Positions 1-8,341 of a stretch of 35,228 nucleotides of DNA are shown piece by piece (positions within the stretch are counted from its first letter, which is position 1; every line of letters starts with the position of its first letter). Source of the stretch: an uncultured Acetobacteraceae bacterium (GTDB lineage: Bacteria > Pseudomonadota > Alphaproteobacteria > Acetobacterales > Acetobacteraceae); the NCBI GenBank assembly GCA_964236415.1, contig CAXSEX010000001.1, forward strand, positions 1 to 35,228, in the 5' to 3' direction. Both the position numbers and the translations under genes were made by a program. The notes beneath the pieces are model-generated. The model saw only the letters and a list, made by a program, of their open reading frames with translations. It made no database searches and was not told the origin of the DNA.

Positions 1-61
1 CCGAGGCATCATTGCCATTGGGGTTGCCGAAGTACCCGCCGACGACGTACTTGGAAGACAT
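1..61 (-). CDS. 5' end of a gene running off the left edge (MSSKYVVGGYFGNPNGNDAS...), function unknown
   Basis: ATG at 61-59 on the minus strand opens a frame that stays open to the window edge. It is divergent from the 425 gene across an AT-richer spacer. Only 20 codons are visible. Confidence 0.5.
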   Translation of the reverse strand, partial: MSSKYVVGGYFGNPNGNDAS

Positions 62-424
62 GGACTACTTGCTCACTTTTCCGTGATGACCAAGCAACTC
101 TCCTATTTTCGCGTATTTCCTGCAATCACAATCTTGTGTGGTCAACAAATTCCAAGCTATGGCAACACTAATGCACGAATTATGACAAACGCTGCTTCAC
201 GGCGAGCGGCATTCATCTACGCTGAACAGGCGAATACTTTGATAAGTACCTGTTGACGACCCGAACTGCCTGCAGCCGGGCACGGATGGCGGCGGCTGCC
301 CGGGTCGGCGGCCTCGACACGCCCGCCCATTCGTGGGAGGCACGGCACGTCAACGGCGGCGGCGCCCCCACGCCCCGGCGATGGGCAAAGGGGCCGGCCA
401 GCCCGGTCCAGCCGCACGCTGCCC

Positions 425-2497
425 ATGGAGAAACCTGCGCCGATGCCGCACACGGCTCCTTTCATCGCCCGGCACGACGAGGTGCTGGCCCGGTTCGCCG
501 CCGCGGCCCGGACCGCCGGGATCGCGTCCTTCGATGTGTTCGACACCCTGCTCGTCCGCTTCTTCGGCGACCCCGCCGACCTGTTCGCGGCGCTCGGCGA
601 ACGCATCGCGCCCAAGGCGGCCGCGACCTTCGCGCGCGAGCGGGCGGCAGCCGAGCAGCGCGCGCGGGCGGGCGCTGCCGCCCGGGGCGAGCGGGAAGTG
701 ACGCTCGCCGGCATCTACCGCGAACTTGCGCAGTCCCGGGCCGCGCTCGGCCTCGCCGATGGCGTGGATCTCGAACAAGCGGCCCGGCAGGAGATGAACC
801 TCGAACTTTGCTGCGTGCGCGCGGACCCCCAGGTGGCCGCCGCGTTCGCGGCGCTGGTCGCCGCGGGCCGGCGCGTCGTGCTTGTGTCCGACATGTATCT
901 CCCGGCCGAGTGCGTCGAGCAGATGCTGGCGCGTTGTGGGATCGCCGGGTTCGAGCGGCTTTACCTGTCCAGCGAGCTCATGGTCGCCAAGGCGGACGGC
1001 AGCGTGTGGCCCTTTCTGCGCGCAGCCTCCGGCCTCGCCCCGGACGCCGGGATCGTGCACCTCGGCGACAACCCCCAGAGCGATGGCGAAACGGCGCGCG
1101 GCTTCGGGGTGCGCCCCTTCCTACTGTCCCCACCCGGCGAGCGGCGGGTTGGGTCCCGCCTCGTGCAGCGCGGCCATTGGCTCGCCGACAGCTTCGCATC
1201 CCTGCTCCGCCAGGAGTTGGTGGCGCGGCGCGGCGAGCCGGGCCTCGATCCCTACTGGCTGGCCATCGCCTTTCTCGTCGTCGCGCCCGCCGCCCTCGGC
1301 ATGGCCGGCCACGTCCGGCGCGTGGCCCGGGCGCACGGCACGGACCGCGTCTTCTTCCTGGCGCGCGATGGGCTGGTCTTCCAGAAAGCGTACGAGGCGG
1401 CCTGGCGCCCGGCCGATGCGGCGCCGTCGCGCTACGTGTGGTGCTCCCGCCGCTGCGCGAACTTCGCCAACATCGCCGCACTGGACGATACGGCGCTCGG
1501 CTTCCTCACCTCCGGCGCACCGATCTCGCCCGAAGCATACCTCCGCCGCATCGACCTCGATCCGGTCGACCCGGCGGTCCAGCCGGTCCTCACCCGGTTC
1601 TTCCCCGACCCGGCGCAGCCGGTGCGGACCACAGGCGGGCGCGCGGCGCTGCGGGCGATGTTCGCGGCGCTCGCCGAGCCGATCCTGGCGCAGGCCGCGG
1701 CCGAACGGGAGGCGCTGCTCGCGCATCTCGACACCATCGGGCTTTACGACGGCCCCGGCGTCGTCGTCGATCTCGGCTGGCACGGCAGCCTGCAACGCTC
1801 ATTGATGCTGCTGGGCCAGGCGCGCAGCGGCGTGCTGCCGCCGCTTGCGGGCGCCTATCTCGGCACCTTCGAGCGCCGGGTGCGGACGGTGGCCGGCGCG
1901 CCGCTCCAAGCGTCCGGCTGGCTGTTCAACGCCGGGCTGCCGCGCGACCGCGTGGCGCGGTTCACCCGTTCGGTGGAGATCACCGAGCTGCTGTTCTCCG
2001 CGCCCGAGCCTGGCATCCGCTGCGTCCGCCGCCACGGCACGGAGGCGGAGCCGGTCCGCATCATGGAGCCGCAGGAAGCGGACCGGCTGCGGCTGGCGGC
2101 AATGTTCCATGACGCGGTGGCGAAGTGCGCCGCGGCGCTGCGCCCGGTGCTGGTGGACGCCCATGTCGATGCGCTCGCCTCCCTCACCCTGCACGGCTTC
2201 GACGCCCTGCTCGGCAACCCGGCGCCGGAGGACATCGCGCACTTCGGCGGCATCGCCCACGCCGAGGGGTTCGGCGTCGCGCATTACCGCCCGATGGTCC
2301 CGGACGTGCCGCCGGCCTCCAAGGCCAAGGCCCGGCTCGACGCCTTGGACGCCAGCTTTTGGCGCCGGGGCTTCCTCCGGTCGCTCGCCCCCGGCGCCCG
2401 CGCGCAAACGATCCTGCTGTCGGTCGTGCAGACGGAGGTGCGCCGGGCGCGCCGCGCCGCCGCGCGCCTCCGGCAGCAGCACGGCGGCCTCGCATGA
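425..2497 (+). CDS. HAD phosphatase fused to a phosphoribosyltransferase-like domain; putative dual-domain glycan ribofuranosyltransferase
   Basis: N-half has HAD motifs SFDVFDTLL, LVSDMYLP, a Lys in VAKADG and HLGDNPQSD. C-half has FFLARDG and a PRT-like loop VVVDLGWHGSLQ. The stop overlaps the wzx start (ATGA). Confidence 0.8.
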   Translation: MEKPAPMPHTAPFIARHDEVLARFAAAARTAGIASFDVFDTLLVRFFGDPADLFAALGERIAPKAAATFARERAAAEQRARAGAAARGEREVTLAGIYRELAQSRAALGLADGVDLEQAARQEMNLELCCVRADPQVAAAFAALVAAGRRVVLVSDMYLPAECVEQMLARCGIAGFERLYLSSELMVAKADGSVWPFLRAASGLAPDAGIVHLGDNPQSDGETARGFGVRPFLLSPPGERRVGSRLVQRGHWLADSFASLLRQELVARRGEPGLDPYWLAIAFLVVAPAALGMAGHVRRVARAHGTDRVFFLARDGLVFQKAYEAAWRPADAAPSRYVWCSRRCANFANIAALDDTALGFLTSGAPISPEAYLRRIDLDPVDPAVQPVLTRFFPDPAQPVRTTGGRAALRAMFAALAEPILAQAAAEREALLAHLDTIGLYDGPGVVVDLGWHGSLQRSLMLLGQARSGVLPPLAGAYLGTFERRVRTVAGAPLQASGWLFNAGLPRDRVARFTRSVEITELLFSAPEPGIRCVRRHGTEAEPVRIMEPQEADRLRLAAMFHDAVAKCAAALRPVLVDAHVDALASLTLHGFDALLGNPAPEDIAHFGGIAHAEGFGVAHYRPMVPDVPPASKAKARLDALDASFWRRGFLRSLAPGARAQTILLSVVQTEVRRARRAAARLRQQHGGLA

Positions 2498-3990
2498 GCG
2501 AGCGGCTCGACGGCGGCGTGGACGGCCCGGCGGCGCTGAAGCGCCGCTCCGTGCGCGGGGCCGCCGCCACGTTCGCCGCGCAAGCCGTCCGCTTCGCCTT
2601 GCAGTTCGGGGCGCAGGTCGCGCTCGCCCGCCTGCTCACCCCGGCGCAGTTCGGCATCGTGGCGATGGTGGCGCCGCTGGTCGGCCTTGTGCAGTTGTTC
2701 GCCGAGCTTGGCCTTGCCCAGGCGGTGATCCAGCGCCCGTCGCTCACCCATCGCGAGCTTTCGGGGCTGTTCTGGGTCAACGGCGCCGTCAGCCTGGGCC
2801 TCGCCGCGCTGCTGGCCGCGGCTTCGCCGCTGGTGGCCGCGTTCTACGGCGAGCCGAAGACGATGGCGGTGACGGCCAGCCTGGCGGTGCCGCTCGTGCT
2901 CGGGGGCTTTGCGGCGCAGCAGATGGCGCTGATGAACCGCCGCCTGCAGTTCGCCGCCCTCGCCGCGGTCGAGGTCGGCAGCACGGCCGCCGCCGCCACG
3001 GTCGGCATCCTGTGCGCCTGGTGCGGGCTGGGCTACTGGTCGCTGGTGGCGATGCAGGTCGCCAACAACTTGGCCAACCTCATGGCGGCCTGGGCCGTTT
3101 CCGGCTGGCGGCCGGGCAGGCCCCGCCTGGACGCGGCCGTGGCGCCCCTGCTGCGGTTCGGCGGCAACGTGACGAGCTACAACCTCGTCAACTACCTGTC
3201 GTTCAACCTGGACAATGTGCTGATCGGCTGGGCGAGCGGGGTCGGCGCCCTCGGGCTTTACGACCGTGCGTTCCGGCTCATGCTGCCCTCGGTCATGCAG
3301 CTCACGACGCCGTTCACCCGGATCACCGTGCCCCTGCTGTCACGGCTGCAGGCGGAGCCTGACCGCTACCGCAGCAGCTTCCGCCAGGTGCTGCGCGCGC
3401 TGCTGCTCGCGACGCTTCCGGGGCTTGCGTGGAGCATCGTGTTCGCCGGCCAGGTGGTCGCAGCCCTTCTCGGCGCGCGGTGGCAGGCGGCCGGGCCGAT
3501 CCTTGCGGCGCTCGGCGCGGGCGCCTTGCTGCTGCCCGTCAACAACGCCGTCGCGTGGCTGTTCATCAGCCAGGGGCGGACGCGGGAGCAGTTGGCCTGG
3601 GGCGCAGCCGGGTCCGGGATCGTGCTCGTCTCCTTTGTCGCGGGCTTGCCCTGGGGTCCGGTCGGCGTCGCCACCGCATCCGCGGCGTTTGCCTGGGTGG
3701 TCGGCTCCCCCCTGCTGTTCTGGGCCGCGACCCGGCGCGGTCCCGTGGGGCTGCGCGACCTCCTGGAGGCCGTGTTCCCGGTGGCGCTGGCCACGCTGGC
3801 GGCCGGTTGCGCCCTGGCGGCAGTCCCCGGCGGCGTTTGGCCGGCCGGCATCGCAGGGCTGGCGGTGGCGCTGGCTGGGTCCTACGCGGCGACGGCTGCC
3901 GTGCTTGCGTGCCTTCCTGCGGGCAACCGCATGCTCCGCGACCTATGGCGGCTCCGCAGCACCTTGCGGGCCGAGCCGATCAGTCCGTAG
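2494..3990 (+). CDS. wzx: Wzx-type polysaccharide flippase (PST family)
   Basis: Real start is MSERLDGG at the ATGA overlap with the upstream gene. Motifs LARLLTPAQFGIVAM, ELGLAQAVIQ, NLDNVLIG and LGLYDRAFRL, plus many TM helices. Confidence 0.92.
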   Translation: MSERLDGGVDGPAALKRRSVRGAAATFAAQAVRFALQFGAQVALARLLTPAQFGIVAMVAPLVGLVQLFAELGLAQAVIQRPSLTHRELSGLFWVNGAVSLGLAALLAAASPLVAAFYGEPKTMAVTASLAVPLVLGGFAAQQMALMNRRLQFAALAAVEVGSTAAAATVGILCAWCGLGYWSLVAMQVANNLANLMAAWAVSGWRPGRPRLDAAVAPLLRFGGNVTSYNLVNYLSFNLDNVLIGWASGVGALGLYDRAFRLMLPSVMQLTTPFTRITVPLLSRLQAEPDRYRSSFRQVLRALLLATLPGLAWSIVFAGQVVAALLGARWQAAGPILAALGAGALLLPVNNAVAWLFISQGRTREQLAWGAAGSGIVLVSFVAGLPWGPVGVATASAAFAWVVGSPLLFWAATRRGPVGLRDLLEAVFPVALATLAAGCALAAVPGGVWPAGIAGLAVALAGSYAATAAVLACLPAGNRMLRDLWRLRSTLRAEPISP

Positions 3991-4336
3991 GAGCCGCGTT
4001 GCCGAAGGTTGCGGGAATGGCCGCACGGTCCGCACCGGTCCAGGCTCCGGGCGCCCCCGTCAGCACCAGGCATGCAGGGCGACCGCCAGGGTTGGCCCTG
4101 CCGTCCTTGGCAGACGCAACAGGCTGCATCCGCTGCCCTGCAAAATGGCAGAGCATCAAGGCCAGCAGGAGCACGCAGGCGACGTAAAGGGCGAGCGCGT
4201 CGATCCACCCGTCGAAAATCAGCGCCACCCCGGCGAGCAAGGTGCCTAGGACGCTGACGGTCACAAGAGCAAATGACCAGTGCTGCCACGGCGTTGCCTG
4301 CATAACGCGGTGCCTGATCCAATCCGGCTGTCGCAT
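3980..4336 (-). CDS. Small hypothetical membrane protein (two predicted TM helices)
   Basis: 118 aa with two hydrophobic segments (FALVTVSVLGTLLAGVALIF; ALALYVACVLLLALMLCHF). Fills the gap between wzx and wzy, same strand as wzy. Confidence 0.5.
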   Translation of the reverse strand: MRQPDWIRHRVMQATPWQHWSFALVTVSVLGTLLAGVALIFDGWIDALALYVACVLLLALMLCHFAGQRMQPVASAKDGRANPGGRPACLVLTGAPGAWTGADRAAIPATFGNAAPTD

Positions 4337-4426
4337 TTCGAATCCATCCCGATATCAGAATAACATCGGGAACGACGGGCTGTAAAGCTCAAAACCGTTC
4401 ATTGCATCCGTTCAAGGTGAACTTGC

Positions 4427-5704
4427 TTAGGCTGCATCCTGATGCACGAAGGCAACAGTGCCGATAAGCAGGACGGCGAAAAGAATAGGCGAGAACTGGT
4501 GATAGCCGCCGGTCAGCAACAACAGCACCATAAGGGAGGCAAGCAGCGTCCACTGCCGTTTCGTCCGGGTCCCCCAGGTGAGGAGGCCAAGGTAGAGCAC
4601 CAAGCCGAAGATCCCATATTCCATCAGGACTTTGACCGGGGTGTTAAGGTGGTAGACGTAGGGGATCATAAGCTGTTCCGAGGCGCCGGGTCCGACCCCG
4701 GTCACGGATACCCAAGGCGCCGCGTCGAGCAGATCCTGCAAAGCCAGGAAGGGCGTCACGAACCGCTCGTGGCCGCTCGTACCAGGCAGCGTGAACTCGT
4801 AGACCCGGCCCGACATCATGTCGGCGAAGTCGGGCAGCACGACGCTGAGCGCGGTGAAGGCCAGCGCGCAACCTGCCGCCAGCAGGATGGCGCCCAGCAG
4901 GCCGCGCCGTCCGGCGCTGATCGCGAGCACGGCGATGTACGATCCCAGCACCAGCCAGCCGGTGCCGGACATGGACAGCAACAGGGCCGCGAAGAACAGC
5001 ACGAGGTAGGTGGCCCGGCGGAAGTACAGCGCCTCGATCACCACCGCCAAGGCCATGAATTGGGAGAACACGGAGGGTTCGACGAGAAAGAACCCGTTCG
5101 ACTTGTTCAGCCCGCGGTCGATCGGGATGGTGACGTTGTACTGCTCCTCGATCAGGAACTGGTCGGGCACGACGCCCGTGAAGGCGAAGAGGCTGATGCC
5201 GACGAACTGCAGCACGAACTGCACCAGCCCCGCGACGGCGAGCGCCGCCAAGGCGAGCGACACGATCCGGAAGAACGCGGTCTCGCTGACCGAATGACGG
5301 AACCGCAGCACGGCGAAGGCGGTGATGGCCAGCCAATAGTACAGGGAGGTCATGCTCATCCGCGGCGCCATCGCGAGGGGCAGGTTGATCTGGGTGGCCA
5401 CCGAGAACAGGGCCACGGCGCACAGGCCGCAATACAGCGCCATCCGCCGCCGCTCAATCACCAGCGTGCCGCTCGCGACACCCCAGGCGGCCAGGCCCAG
5501 CACCAACGGGGTCGCCACGCTGATCTTGAGGCCGCCCGCCGGGATTGCGAAGCGCTGCAGCACGAGGCAGCTGAACAGCGTGCCCCAGGTGAAGGCGTTG
5601 ACGCCGAGCCGTCCGCGCCAAACCGACGGCTGCAGCGCCGTGACCGGGATCGCACGGCTCGGACGCGCAGCGGTGAACCCGGCGGTTTTCGTGGAAGGGG
5701 CCAT
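4427..5704 (-). CDS. wzy: Wzy-like polysaccharide polymerase (polytopic membrane protein)
   Basis: About 425 aa from MAPSTK. Many TM segments, a periplasmic-loop motif KSNGFFLVEPSVFSQF, SGTG, and a late loop SGHERF..GVGPG..LMEYGIFG typical of Wzy/O-antigen-ligase-like proteins. It is the only polymerase candidate in the locus. Confidence 0.72.
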   Translation of the reverse strand: MAPSTKTAGFTAARPSRAIPVTALQPSVWRGRLGVNAFTWGTLFSCLVLQRFAIPAGGLKISVATPLVLGLAAWGVASGTLVIERRRMALYCGLCAVALFSVATQINLPLAMAPRMSMTSLYYWLAITAFAVLRFRHSVSETAFFRIVSLALAALAVAGLVQFVLQFVGISLFAFTGVVPDQFLIEEQYNVTIPIDRGLNKSNGFFLVEPSVFSQFMALAVVIEALYFRRATYLVLFFAALLLSMSGTGWLVLGSYIAVLAISAGRRGLLGAILLAAGCALAFTALSVVLPDFADMMSGRVYEFTLPGTSGHERFVTPFLALQDLLDAAPWVSVTGVGPGASEQLMIPYVYHLNTPVKVLMEYGIFGLVLYLGLLTWGTRTKRQWTLLASLMVLLLLTGGYHQFSPILFAVLLIGTVAFVHQDAA

Positions 5705-5910
5705 GCCGGCACTATGAACCGCATGGGCAGGCCCGTCGCGCCCGTCGTGGACGTGTCGGGAATGCCTTTCTGTCGAAATCGCACAATCGTGATCTACAAT
5801 GGTTGAATGCGGCCCCTCAACGTTCAAAAAAAGATAGGCGTAAAGCCGCATGTGTTTTAATTGGGGTTCCTTTACAAACCACGGCCGGCGTTTGCTGGTG
5901 AAAGACCAAG

Positions 5911-7080
5911 TTGGCAAAGAACGGGCTTGCCGCTCTGACTCCGTCGCGACCACTCCACGGACATTTCAACCAAAACGTCCATGGTGCGCGCGGGCTGTTC
6001 GCCTTCATGGTGTTCGTGTTCCATGTCGTGAACTCGGGGTTGAGCACCTTCGCCCCGCTCTCGACGCCCATCGGCTTCTTCCTCACCTCCGCCTTGGAAT
6101 ACGGGGTGGAGCTGTTTTTCTGCATCAGCGGCTACGTGATCGCCGGAACGTTGCGGCGCGCCCGCAATCCCGCCGTGTTCGTCGAGGATCGCGCCATCCG
6201 CATCTTTCCCGTGCTTTGGGCCTCCACACTCGTCATCGTCGTCATCGGCTTGGCCACCCGGACGCATGGGTTCCAGGACGAGACATGGGGCCAGTTGCTG
6301 GTGGAGGTGCCGGTCAACCTGCTGGCGCTGCCGGGCGTCCTGCCGATCGACAACATCCACCCGGCCGCCTGGTCGCTCAGCTATGAAGTGGCCTTCTACC
6401 TGTTCTGCGCTGCCTGCTGGGCCATGTGCAGGCGCTTTGGCTTGAACGCCTACTGGCTCATCGTCCCCATCGCGGCCGTGCTGATCGCTTGCTATCCCCG
6501 TGGCGCGTTCCTGCTCATGGGAATGCTGGTGGCCGAGGGATGGCCGCGCACGGGGGTGTCCCTGCGCCTGGCCCGGCATCCCTTCACGTTCCTCCTGCTG
6601 TTCTTGCTGTGCTGGCGCATGATCCGCACCCTCAGCGCACCGGACCGCGTCATCACGACGACGATGATCGAGTGGGCCGGGGATTGGCGGCTGCCGCTCG
6701 CGCTGCTGAGCTTCCTGGCGGTGGCGCTGAGCTTCCGGGGGATCGTGGCGGGGCATGGCGTGCTCGGCACCCTTTTGCGCTCCCGCCCGGTGCACTACCT
6801 CGGGACCATCAGCTACAGCTTCTATCTCTGGCATCCCGTCGTGATGTCCGGCATCAAGACCTTCCTTCTGCAGGTGGGCGTCCTGCAAGCCTCGGGGATG
6901 TGGGCGCAAACCCTGTTCTTTGTTGTCGCCCTGCCCCCGTCGCTCGTGGTGTCCCATGCCAGCGAGCAAATGCTGGAGCGGCGTTTTGCGGTGTGGATGC
7001 GCCGCCGGCTGCATCACACGGCGCCCATGCAGCCGCCTCCCCTTGACCCGGCGCCGCAGCATGGCATGGAGCGCGCATGA
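5911..7080 (+). CDS. Acyltransferase family 3 (OafA-like) membrane O-acyltransferase
   Basis: Motifs HGARGLFAFMVFVFH, GVELFFCISGYVI, RAIRIFP, AWSLSYEVAFY, LGTISYSFYLWH. Confidence 0.93.
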   Translation: MAKNGLAALTPSRPLHGHFNQNVHGARGLFAFMVFVFHVVNSGLSTFAPLSTPIGFFLTSALEYGVELFFCISGYVIAGTLRRARNPAVFVEDRAIRIFPVLWASTLVIVVIGLATRTHGFQDETWGQLLVEVPVNLLALPGVLPIDNIHPAAWSLSYEVAFYLFCAACWAMCRRFGLNAYWLIVPIAAVLIACYPRGAFLLMGMLVAEGWPRTGVSLRLARHPFTFLLLFLLCWRMIRTLSAPDRVITTTMIEWAGDWRLPLALLSFLAVALSFRGIVAGHGVLGTLLRSRPVHYLGTISYSFYLWHPVVMSGIKTFLLQVGVLQASGMWAQTLFFVVALPPSLVVSHASEQMLERRFAVWMRRRLHHTAPMQPPPLDPAPQHGMERA

Positions 7081-8048
7081 CCCATCCACCCAGCCTCACC
7101 CGCCGTACCCTCGCCCGCACCGCCGCAGCCCTGGCCGTGACGTCGGCCGCGCCGGCCCGGGCGGCTCCGGCGGCAGCCGTCCGCATCGGCACCTATGGCG
7201 GCGCCGGCTCCACGGGCGTGCCCGAGGTCGCCGATTACGAGAAATGGCTGGGCCGGCCGCTCGACGTGGTGCTCGACTTCCTGGAAAAGGAAACCTGGGC
7301 CGGAATGGTCAACGAGGCCGGTTGGATGAGCGGCTGCTGGCGCGACGCCGGACGCCGGAGCCTGATCGTTTCGGTGCCGATGCTGGTGAGCGAGGGGCAG
7401 CCGACCCTGGCCCAGGGCGCCCGCGGCGACTACGACCAGCACTTCGCGGCGCTGGGCCGCAAGCTGGTTGAGAATTCCTACGGGAACAGCGTGATCCGCA
7501 TCGGCTGGGAGTTCAACGGCGGCTGGTACTCCTGGACGGCGCGCGGCAACCCCGGCGATTTCAAGGCGTACTGGCGGCGGATCGCGCTCGCGATGCGCGG
7601 CGTGCCGGGCGCCCGGTTCCGCTTCGATTGGAGCGCCACCGTCGTCGATGGCCCCAGGGAGGACGCCTACCCCGGCGACGATGTCGTCGATATCGTCGGC
7701 CTCGACATCTACAACCAGTCCTGGCCGCTGATCGCCGACCCGGCGCAACGCTGGCAATACCTGCTGAACCACGAGGCCGGCCTCCGCTGGCACCGCGAGT
7801 TCGCCAAGACGCATGGCAAGCCGCGCTCCTTTCCGGAGTGGGGCACCGGCACGCGGCCCGATGGGCACGGCGGCGGCGACGATCCCGTGTTCGTCCGCAA
7901 CATGCTCAACTGGATGCGGGAGGGTAGGCCGGTCGATTACGCCTGCTACTGGAACTACCGTGCGCCGGACTACGACGCCAAGGTCACGGACGGCCGCCTG
8001 CCGGAAGCAGCCAAGGCGCTGCACGCCGGGCTGCAGCGGGGCGCCTGA
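7077..8048 (+). CDS. Glycoside hydrolase family 26 (beta-mannanase-like), Tat-exported
   Basis: Twin-arginine signal LTRRTLARTAAALA...ARA. GH26 motifs IRIGWEFNGGWY (acid/base Glu), YPGDDVVDIVGLDIY and FPEWG (nucleophile). ATGA overlap with the acyltransferase. Confidence 0.88.
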   Translation: MTHPPSLTRRTLARTAAALAVTSAAPARAAPAAAVRIGTYGGAGSTGVPEVADYEKWLGRPLDVVLDFLEKETWAGMVNEAGWMSGCWRDAGRRSLIVSVPMLVSEGQPTLAQGARGDYDQHFAALGRKLVENSYGNSVIRIGWEFNGGWYSWTARGNPGDFKAYWRRIALAMRGVPGARFRFDWSATVVDGPREDAYPGDDVVDIVGLDIYNQSWPLIADPAQRWQYLLNHEAGLRWHREFAKTHGKPRSFPEWGTGTRPDGHGGGDDPVFVRNMLNWMREGRPVDYACYWNYRAPDYDAKVTDGRLPEAAKALHAGLQRGA

Positions 8049-8073
8049 GCCGGCGGCGCTGAAAGAGGGCGGC

Positions 8074-8325
8074 ATGACTGACGACGAAGTGCGTTATGAG
8101 CGAGAGGTTAAGCTCAAGCAGATGGAGGTCGATATCGAACTCAAGCAGAGACAGTTGTTTTGGGAGACGCCGCGCAACCTGGCCATCGTAGTTGCAACGG
8201 TGGCCGCACTCTGCACGGCGCTCGGCTACAAGCTGGGCAGCCAGCCACCACAGGTGATCCAGGTGCAGCTCCTCGCGCCGATCCCGGCGCTGACCGTTCC
8301 AACACCTGCACAACCCCATCCATGA
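8074..8325 (+). CDS. Small (83 aa) single-pass membrane protein with a charged, coiled-coil-like N-terminus
   Basis: GAGGG upstream of ATG 8074. MTDDEVRYEREVKLKQMEVDIELKQRQLFWE is followed by a TM (LAIVVATVAALCTALGY) and a Pro/Gln tail. Confidence 0.65.
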   Translation: MTDDEVRYEREVKLKQMEVDIELKQRQLFWETPRNLAIVVATVAALCTALGYKLGSQPPQVIQVQLLAPIPALTVPTPAQPHP

Positions 8326-8341
8326 TAGCCGCGATAACCCG

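Noticed and set aside
253-2112. Long alternative-frame and antisense ORFs throughout the window (e.g. 253-2112, 1845-3362, 11319-12944, 27661-29007, 32277-33572)
   Set aside because: Arg/Ala/Gly/Pro-rich shadow frames expected in high-GC DNA. They overlap well-supported genes and carry no motifs.
2125-2493. N-terminal extensions given by the ORF track for wzx, wzy, wzc, several GTs, the dehydrogenase and the amidohydrolase
   Set aside because: They overlap neighbouring genes or promoters. Downstream starts with an RBS or ATGA coupling fit family N-termini better.
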